Part shown: positions 10,392-18,100 of the stretch, piece after piece
Position numbering within the stretch: the stretch's first letter is position 1
Layout of the letters: every line of letters starts with the position of its first letter
NCBI GenBank assembly: GCA_016840035.1
Contig: JAEOTC010000072.1
Coordinates: 1 to 25,222, forward strand
Direction: 5' to 3'
Source: Candidatus Hodarchaeota archaeon
GTDB lineage: Archaea > Asgardarchaeota > Heimdallarchaeia > Hodarchaeales > Hodarchaeaceae
DNA: 25,222 nt
Made by a program: the position numbers and the translations under genes
Notes under the pieces: model-generated
Seen by the model: the letters and a program-made list of their open reading frames with translations, nothing else
Databases searched by the model: none
Told to the model about the DNA's origin: nothing

Positions 10392-10472
10392 GTACTACAG
10401 TTAGAACATCCCCTGTAGACCTGTATTAATGTTAGGACACCGTTATTGAATTCGTATTAATGTTAGAACGTC
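10392..10472 (+). repeat. Three 19-bp imperfect direct repeats at 31-bp period (consensus GTAyTAmwGTTAGrACryC)
   Basis: gtactacagttagaacatc (10392), gtattaatgttaggacacc (10423), gtattaatgttagaacgtc (10454), separated by two dissimilar 12-nt spacers. Confidence 0.85.
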
Positions 10473-10571
10473 ATAATTTTGTAGAAACACTTAATTACTT
10501 CTTTTTTTCATCATTAACAATAGGTATGGTATTGATTTTATCTAATTATACCTGAAAGGATTTGAATTTGA

Positions 10572-11789
10572 ATGAAAAAAGAAAAAATAGGTTTAATATT
10601 CTTCCTGCAAATAACTATTGTATTACTGATCACATTCAGTAATTCTGTTGTTGTTTCAGGTGAAATTAGCGAGATAACCTATGAATGGGAATCGAAAACA
10701 CCCTCTCCTAGTCCCCAGAGTGAGAATAACTATCTGATTACTTATGATAATGAGTCTGATCGTGTGTTACTCTTTTCTGGGTACGATGGTGCGGGTACTG
10801 TTAGTCAGGAGCTTTGGGCATACGATACAGATAACAACATGTGGGAAGAAAGGGCGTCTCCTGGTTTTTCACGAGTTTGGAGTTCAATTGCTTATGATTC
10901 TGAGTCAGATCTACTTGTGACTTACGGAGGATATACCGAGTTTTGGGGCACGCAAACAAGCGAAACCTGGATCTATGATTATAATGCCGATCAGTGGCAG
11001 AACAAACAACCTACAACCCGACCAACAGCCATGTTGGGACATCAGATGGCATATTATGACTCTCTTGACCGAATTATCCTCTATGGGGGTTTTTACTTTG
11101 ATGGAGCCGAGAATGACTATCCTCAATCAGAAACATGGAGTTACGATATCAATTCCAATACTTGGACCAATCTCCAAACAGTTATTCATCCTCAGAAAGT
11201 CGCTTTTCATAGTATGGCCTATGATAGTGAATCAGATAAAATTATCTTGTTTGGGGGTATGCTATCCTCTAATGCCAAGGTACAAGAGACATGGACTTAT
11301 GATTTCACTGCTAACAACTGGACTAATCTCCAACCTACAATTCAGCCTCCAGCGACTGCGTTTCATTCAATGGTTTACGATGCTGAATCGGACCAAATAA
11401 TTCTTTTTGGAGGAGAAACTTCTACTGGTGCGTCTGATGCTATATGGCTCTATGATTACAATACGAATGAATGGTGGAAGAAATATCCTACTTCAGCGCC
11501 TCCAGCAAGTATATTAAGACCAATAGCGTATGATATTCAATCAGATAGATGCATTCATCAGGAAATTGGAAAAACATGGCTATTTAGATACGGTGAAGAA
11601 GTTAAAACCACAGAAAATAGTGAAACAAGTAGTATGGAAATTACCACTGATACTTCAGATGACCCTTCTCTAGACGAATCAACAATTGAACCGACAACCC
11701 AAAGCAGTACCAATTGGTATCTATTTAGTGGATTCGTTGGACAAATGCTTTTTCTGACTATTATCATCAGGAAGAAACATATTAGGTGA
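10572..11789 (+). CDS. Exported Kelch-repeat (six-blade beta-propeller) protein with C-terminal TM anchor
   Basis: Signal peptide, then 5 clear and 1 degenerate repeats of YDxxSDxhhhhGG...ETWxYDxxxNxW. Ends in a Ser/Thr/Glu linker, hydrophobic helix and RKKHIR. Confidence 0.92.
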   Translation: MKKEKIGLIFFLQITIVLLITFSNSVVVSGEISEITYEWESKTPSPSPQSENNYLITYDNESDRVLLFSGYDGAGTVSQELWAYDTDNNMWEERASPGFSRVWSSIAYDSESDLLVTYGGYTEFWGTQTSETWIYDYNADQWQNKQPTTRPTAMLGHQMAYYDSLDRIILYGGFYFDGAENDYPQSETWSYDINSNTWTNLQTVIHPQKVAFHSMAYDSESDKIILFGGMLSSNAKVQETWTYDFTANNWTNLQPTIQPPATAFHSMVYDAESDQIILFGGETSTGASDAIWLYDYNTNEWWKKYPTSAPPASILRPIAYDIQSDRCIHQEIGKTWLFRYGEEVKTTENSETSSMEITTDTSDDPSLDESTIEPTTQSSTNWYLFSGFVGQMLFLTIIIRKKHIR

Positions 11790-11808
11790 GAGTGCTACCT
11801 CTAGTCAA

Positions 11809-11849
11809 ACCAAAAAAATGGAAAAGGACCAAAGAGTGTTCTTTGGTCC
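11809..11849 (-). terminator. Hairpin plus T-tract terminator between convergent genes
   Basis: Perfect 10-bp stem ggaccaaaga (11826-11835) / tctttggtcc (11840-11849) with a 4-nt loop, just past the stop of the 845-aa gene. On the minus strand it is followed by ttttccattttttt. Confidence 0.7.
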
Positions 11850-11856
11850 CAATCCT

Positions 11857-14361
11857 TTATTGTTTATTTTTTCCTTTAAAGCGTTGCCAGCTAAGAATGA
11901 CTCCAAGAATCAGCACGCTTTCTAGTAATAAACCACCAGGACCTGCTTGAGTCGTTGTTGTAGTGGTGGTTGTAGTTGGAATTTGAGAAGTCGTGGTTGT
12001 CGGAATGCCTTCAATTGAAAGATTAATAGGTATAGTGGTGACATTAGCTTGAATAAGACCACTAGGAAGGTGCATCTCGTATGAAGGATACCGTCCAATA
12101 TTTACCGTGAAGTCATCTATGAAGTAGTTGAAAGGTGCCTCAAGGCCAGCATCAAAATTCCAATCTGTATAGAAGTTAACTCCATTTGCTAGATTGGATA
12201 ATGTCATCTGAAAATCGGATGTTGATGGTGTGTCATCTATTGTCAATGTAATTGGTACTTCTGCACTTGATTCATTGAATTCAATACTATTCTGACTAAG
12301 GTGTCCTAAACTACTATCTGACAATGTTACATCACTAGATACCATTGTTTCCAATACAAAATGTGCTTGGAGGTCAATATGTGAGATTAATAAGTCCAAT
12401 ACTCTGAATACGGTATTAATTGCTGGATAAATAGGGGGAGCTAGTGAACTAACAATCGCAGGAATGAAATCCTTTGCAATATCCCAGAAGTGGAGACGTA
12501 CTGAGGTATCTACTACAGGTCCGAGTAACTGGGGAGAAAGAGTGAAGGATTCGACTTCCAAATAATAGGATGTCAACACTTCATTCACATCGTCAACTAT
12601 TCGATCCACAAATGATTGTGGTGACACTCCTGCAGAATCCAGTACGCCGTTGATCGTGCCTAAGGGGATATCTATTTCAAATGACCCTTCATGGATTAAT
12701 GTGAACTCTCCACCTAAAAACCAGAAATCAGTTGAAACATTAAGATCCATTGCATAATCAGTAGATAAGATTAGAGTATCATCAAACATTTCCAATGCAT
12801 ACGTAATGGTGTACTCTTCCCCTGGTTCAACTGCTGAAGGATACTGTATGGTTAACTCAGCATCGACTGCTAAGGTAACTGTGAGGTTCATCGATGCAGA
12901 TATAGTAAAATCTTGAGTTTGTGCTTTGCTAAATGCCTCTAAGTCGTCCATTACATTAGACCAAGCATTGATGATATATGGTTTCTTGAAAGGATTAGTC
13001 GGGTCAAAGGTGAAAGGAGAGATTTCTGGAGTGGTATAGGAAATTATTGGAATATTATGACTAGCACCATTCAATGATTCATTCAGGTGTGTGTACCAAT
13101 CCTTAAGTATTGAATCCGTAAGATCTTGGACTGTATAGGCAAATCCTGTCTCATTAGAACCAACTCCTTTATCGAATGCATGATAAAAAGTGTCAATGGT
13201 CAACTGAGCAGTTTCTCCTCCTAAAACAGAGGGTACAAGATTATTAAATGTACTCATGTTATATACAGTATAGTCTATAGTAAGATTTGTGCCTAAGAAT
13301 GGTTGAAGGTTATCTACAAAGGAGATATCCTCTGAAAAGGATCCTATTTGAGTGGGATTATGTTCGTAGATAATGAATTCATGATCGGGATACACAGGAT
13401 TTTGTGCTTGATCATATACAATCCTTACAGGACGATAGGTATCATCGAGAAAAATAAGGACTTCTTCATAATCATAGGTATGGAGTTGGACTTCCGTAAA
13501 ACTCGTTCCATAGGTTTCAATATCCCAGTAGAAGAAGTACTGTAGTGCCCAAAGATCAGAAGATGTTTCTTGATCAAATCCTCTACAGACACGACCATAA
13601 ACACCGTCTGGTTCCTCTGTACCGCTAGTTTCATCATCAATAAAGAGATATGGTTTGTAACCATCAATTAACTCGTTGGCTGTCACTTCCGTTTTCGTCC
13701 CCACGGAGGTGACGGTGATATTCACCTCTGCATGACCTTCACTGGTGTTAATAACGACTGTATCATTTGCAATCGCATTGGTTTGATTGTAGATTACATG
13801 ACCAAGATAATCATTTGTATCTACATCAGATTCCCAGACTTCTACTCTTACCGATAAATTATGTAACCATCCTTCAAAGATCACTTCATTCATAACTATT
13901 GTGTCGCTATCTCCTGCTGCAATTTCTCCGGATGAAGGGTATCGCATATATCCTGCACTGCTCCAGAATTCAAAATATATTTCCCCATCACCTTGTAATG
14001 CATTTTCCATTGCATTTAATATGAATACTTCTGTGATGTTGACTTGGACATAATTTTGCGAAATGGAAACTCCGGGTAGAATAGTTGAACCGAGGTACAC
14101 ATCTACACTCGATTCATTGAACGTATCTAAAGCATCTATGAATTCTGATCCATTGAAATCTTGGGCTTCAACCTTTGTTTCCGTGATATCTACAGAAAGA
14201 TCTTCACTATGGGCGAATTGTAATGGAATTACTTGGTTAAGGATTGGTGTGGAGGAATTTTTTCTTATATCTGCTCTTGAAAATGTCATTGGAGAGATAA
14301 GTAGGATTCCAAGAATAAAACTGGTAATTAACATTAATGATAGTATCTTATGTCTTCTCAT
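11857..14361 (-). CDS. Large exported surface protein (C2-like and Vps62/NPP1-like motifs) with Thr-rich linker and C-terminal anchor
   Basis: MRRHK + hydrophobic signal peptide with GAGGAAGG upstream of ATG 14361 (ORF track start 14394). Many N-x-S/T sequons. C-terminus is poly-Thr, GPG, a TM helix and a basic tail. Domain calls rest on motif resemblance only. Confidence 0.8.
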   Translation of the reverse strand: MRRHKILSLMLITSFILGILLISPMTFSRADIRKNSSTPILNQVIPLQFAHSEDLSVDITETKVEAQDFNGSEFIDALDTFNESSVDVYLGSTILPGVSISQNYVQVNITEVFILNAMENALQGDGEIYFEFWSSAGYMRYPSSGEIAAGDSDTIVMNEVIFEGWLHNLSVRVEVWESDVDTNDYLGHVIYNQTNAIANDTVVINTSEGHAEVNITVTSVGTKTEVTANELIDGYKPYLFIDDETSGTEEPDGVYGRVCRGFDQETSSDLWALQYFFYWDIETYGTSFTEVQLHTYDYEEVLIFLDDTYRPVRIVYDQAQNPVYPDHEFIIYEHNPTQIGSFSEDISFVDNLQPFLGTNLTIDYTVYNMSTFNNLVPSVLGGETAQLTIDTFYHAFDKGVGSNETGFAYTVQDLTDSILKDWYTHLNESLNGASHNIPIISYTTPEISPFTFDPTNPFKKPYIINAWSNVMDDLEAFSKAQTQDFTISASMNLTVTLAVDAELTIQYPSAVEPGEEYTITYALEMFDDTLILSTDYAMDLNVSTDFWFLGGEFTLIHEGSFEIDIPLGTINGVLDSAGVSPQSFVDRIVDDVNEVLTSYYLEVESFTLSPQLLGPVVDTSVRLHFWDIAKDFIPAIVSSLAPPIYPAINTVFRVLDLLISHIDLQAHFVLETMVSSDVTLSDSSLGHLSQNSIEFNESSAEVPITLTIDDTPSTSDFQMTLSNLANGVNFYTDWNFDAGLEAPFNYFIDDFTVNIGRYPSYEMHLPSGLIQANVTTIPINLSIEGIPTTTTSQIPTTTTTTTTTQAGPGGLLLESVLILGVILSWQRFKGKNKQ

Positions 14362-14410
14362 TTTCTTTCCTTCCTCATAAAAGGTTTCCTTCAAAAATCA
14401 GAAGGATAGA

Positions 14411-14420
14411 TTATAAAAAA
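14411..14420 (-). promoter_or_regulatory. Candidate archaeal TATA box for the 845-aa surface protein gene
   Basis: The minus strand reads TTTTTTATAA about 50 nt upstream of ATG 14361. The AT-rich background makes this weak. Confidence 0.35.
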
Positions 14421-14536
14421 GGGCACCCTCATTTAAATCTAACGCGGGGTGTTTAAAGAGAATGAAGTGGTAAAGTTTCTAAATAGCAAGATGTTATTTC
14501 AGATGGCTCGGAATTATTAAAAGAGAGACGATTAAA

Positions 14537-15094
14537 ATGCCTACATATTATCTTGATTTTGAAACAACGGGAATTAATCCGAGTATTGCTAAAATAATTA
14601 CCATTCAGTATCAGAAAATTGATCAAGAAACTGGAGAACCAATTGGGCCATTAGTAATTTTGAAGGAGTGGGAATCTTCCGAGAAAGAGATACTTAATGA
14701 GTTTCTGAGCGATTTTGGATTTCCGAATAAACCGTGGAATTTTATTCCTATCGGTTTTAATTTACGATTCGAATTTTATTTCCTACTTGTACGTGCTAAG
14801 GAGGTTTTAGGTATTGGTATTCCTATAAAATGGTTATATTTTCACAAACCTTTTGTGGATATAAAGTCTACAGTAGTTATGGTTAATAAAGGACAATTTA
14901 AGGGTGCCAAATTGTCGTGGTTTACTGATAAAAAGGAGCACGGATCAAATATTCCGAATTGGTATTTACAAAAACAGTTTCATGAAATTGAAGACTATAT
15001 AATGGTTGAAGCAAGGGAGTTTATCAAAGCGTATCAGTTTTTACTTCAGCATTTACCAATCTTATTTGAAAAATATAAACGAGGACGGAGTTGA
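14537..15094 (+). CDS. Stand-alone DnaQ/DEDD-like 3'-5' exonuclease (RNase H-like fold)
   Basis: ExoI YYLDFETTG, SEKEILNEF, ExoII-like IGFNLRFE, FVDIK, and ExoIII-like IEDYIMVE. Confidence 0.8.
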   Translation: MPTYYLDFETTGINPSIAKIITIQYQKIDQETGEPIGPLVILKEWESSEKEILNEFLSDFGFPNKPWNFIPIGFNLRFEFYFLLVRAKEVLGIGIPIKWLYFHKPFVDIKSTVVMVNKGQFKGAKLSWFTDKKEHGSNIPNWYLQKQFHEIEDYIMVEAREFIKAYQFLLQHLPILFEKYKRGRS

Positions 15095-15181
15095 TTCCCA
15101 AGAGGATTTAATCTAACTGTTTTTCTCAAATTAAATTATTAAAAATTCTTGTTTGCTTGTTTATTCACATGAAATCCCAAT

Positions 15182-18100
15182 TCAAACTCGGGGTTCAAGA
15201 CTAATTGGATAAATTATTCGTAATCGGAAGCATTTTTCCAATAAAGCATATGCCTTAACAAGAGATACCCCATGACGGGTAATAGAGGAAGTGAAAGTTG
15301 GTACATACATTTGAATTTGTCCATCATTCATACGTGGAAGTTCTCTGAGAAAATTTAATTGTTTTCGTTCGCTTTCTGTGAATTGACCAACCTGTTGGTC
15401 AAAGCGTTCAAAATTTACCGTTAGTTTACTCAATAAACCTACATTCAAATGTTTATAGACCATTCCCCTAATTTCTTCTGGATAATCTCCTAGATTGGGA
15501 TCTTCAAGTTCATGTTGAGTAAATCGAGATTCTAATGCTTCATGTAATTTTGAGATTTTTCCTTTCATAAAACTACTTAAACGTCCTTCTGAAACTATAC
15601 TGATTGTTGAGTTCTCTCCATGATGAGATAAGATACTGAATCCTTCTCTCTCTAAAAGATTAAATTCTCCCTTTTTCATTGCCCTTTGTGAAACTTCAGC
15701 CATTAAACTAGAGATTGCTGAAGTTAATCCAGCCGTTAAATCTAAATCTTGAGCTTCTGCCAAAAAGGTTTCTGTGTAAAAGGCCATTCCAAAGTTATTT
15801 CGACATATAATGGAACGAATGCTTAAAACATCGGTAAATCGCTGGGTCAATTCCATCTCGCTTTGTTTCTTTGCAGTAGCTTTTTTATGACGTCTTCTGC
15901 GAATGCTTGCGACTGCAAAAACTAGCGCTAAAGGTATTAAACTAATTGCCAAAATCATGGGTAGAATATCTTCCCAAACAACAGACTCTCCAGAGATATT
16001 TACAATAAAGGGTCGAGTAGTCGCTTTTGTAGCAACAAACGAATTTGATCCATCTTTTGCAATAACTGTCCAAGTTAATGATCCACTCTCTGAAAAAGAA
16101 AGACTGGCTAGGTATAAACTCCCATTAAAGTCCATATGTATCGTTTCAATCTTCACACTAGCACCCTGCCCTCCAAGAGATACATACTCATATTCAAGTA
16201 TTACTTCTCCAATTCCTGACCCCCAATCGGAAACTCTTGCCCAAATCATAACTCTATCATCAGTGATTTGTTCAATATTTGCATCAATGATGACGGGACC
16301 CCAATATGTTCTCAACCCTATATTACCAACTTCGACAAAATTCGGTTTACCGTCATAGATTAAAATTGAATAATTAAAAGAAAGATTACACGGAAGGAGA
16401 ATCGAGTAAGAGTAATCTGGACCGATGCCAGTCATAAACCCAGGGATTGTTATCAAAGATGAATTATCAAAATAGTCTACTGTGATAGCAATCTCTTCTA
16501 TCGGGCCAAAAGTATCTTGTGCATTAACCCAAAAATCAAGGCGAGTGAATGAGTCATTAATTAAGGTTTCAGAGTAGCCAAAATCGTTGCAAATAGGAGG
16601 AGTTTCGTCTAAGATAATTTCCATGTTCCATAAAGTAATCATGGTATTATTATTATTGTCAAAAGCTTTTATTCGATAATTAAAAGCGTTTCCGGGAGTA
16701 AATCCCGAAACAGTATAAGTATAGATGTTTTCCGTCCCATTCCAGTGCATTGTTTCGTTAAACATCGTTACAAACACATATTCCAGTGAAATCGACGAAT
16801 AATCAATGGGGAGACCACTACCAGTTGGGTATTCAACTACTTCAGCCCAAAACGTAACAGTACCATTTTGATATTCATTAATACCGGTTTCTAATATTTT
16901 AGGTGCAGAAAAATCTCCTATCGTTATGGTGCGGTTTTTTCCCCCAATATTTCCTTCATTATCTGTTGTCCAAACGGTAATAGTTATTACTTCTCCAAAA
17001 TTAAATGTTTGGTCGAAATTATGAAAATAAAATGAATCATAGTTCATTTCATACTGACTAGTACTCCCTTGATTCGTGAAGTTTACATAAAAGGTATTAT
17101 TGATATCACGAACATTTCCAAAGGCATCATTTGCCCAAGTAGTAATCGATATTTTCCCATCAATTAGTGTGGAATTTTGAATAATAAAGAATACTTCAGG
17201 TGACACTGAATCGGTGAGTGTGATTTTTTGATATTGATCAGGGGTTGGTTCATATACATTTAGTGCAGAATCAATTGCTGTTGCATAATACCAGACATCC
17301 TGTAGTCGAAAATCGAAATTAGGGACTTGCTGAACGAATAAATTTTGGTTAATATTGGTCATGGATACATTGGACCAGTCTCCAAAATAATTCTGAGAAT
17401 AATAAAGAACCACTGAGGTTGAATTATTCGGCCAATCAATTACTGTGGAATTAAATTCAACGATCCCATTCCCAAATTCCTCTGCATTGTAGATTATCTG
17501 GGGGATGGAATTATCATCAATTATTGCATTATGTTCATATCCCGAATTAAGGTTTCCCGCGAAATCAGAGGCTATTATTCGATAACCCACGGAGTCATTA
17601 AATCTAAATGTATATTCAAACTCATAAGTAATCTCTCCTATCGCATACATGGGAAATGTGTGATTCCACCAACTTCCATTGTATATAGAGATGAGAATTG
17701 TTACACTACTTGAATTAACTCCACTTTGAAATTCATCATTTAATTCTTCAACTCTGGCTTTAAATACTACAAATCCTTCCTCATGAGAACTAAGATTATA
17801 ACTTAAATCAAAAATTATAGGGCTAAAGGAATCCTGTGGGACAATTAGACCGAATTTTGGAAAGCTCTCACTTTTGACATTCCCAACACTATCGGTTGCC
17901 GAATGAATCGAATAATTTAATAAAACCCCATAATTCGCAAAAGTTTCGAAAATCCAGAATCCAGATGCGTTCAGATACATGTATTCATAGGTTTCATTAA
18001 TGCGGAGAACTACTTCCTGAACGAGACTCTCCTCATCGGTAATATTAGCATAAAATACTAAAGACCCATCTTCGTTATCAGTAACATTGTAATAATGGAT

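Noticed and set aside
10392-10472. Mini-CRISPR interpretation of the spaced repeats
   Set aside because: The 19-bp repeats and 12-nt spacers are too short, the repeats are degenerate, and no cas genes are present in the window.
11950-12000. GTT/GTG-rich microsatellite-like tract
   Set aside because: It is simply the coding sequence of the poly-Thr linker.
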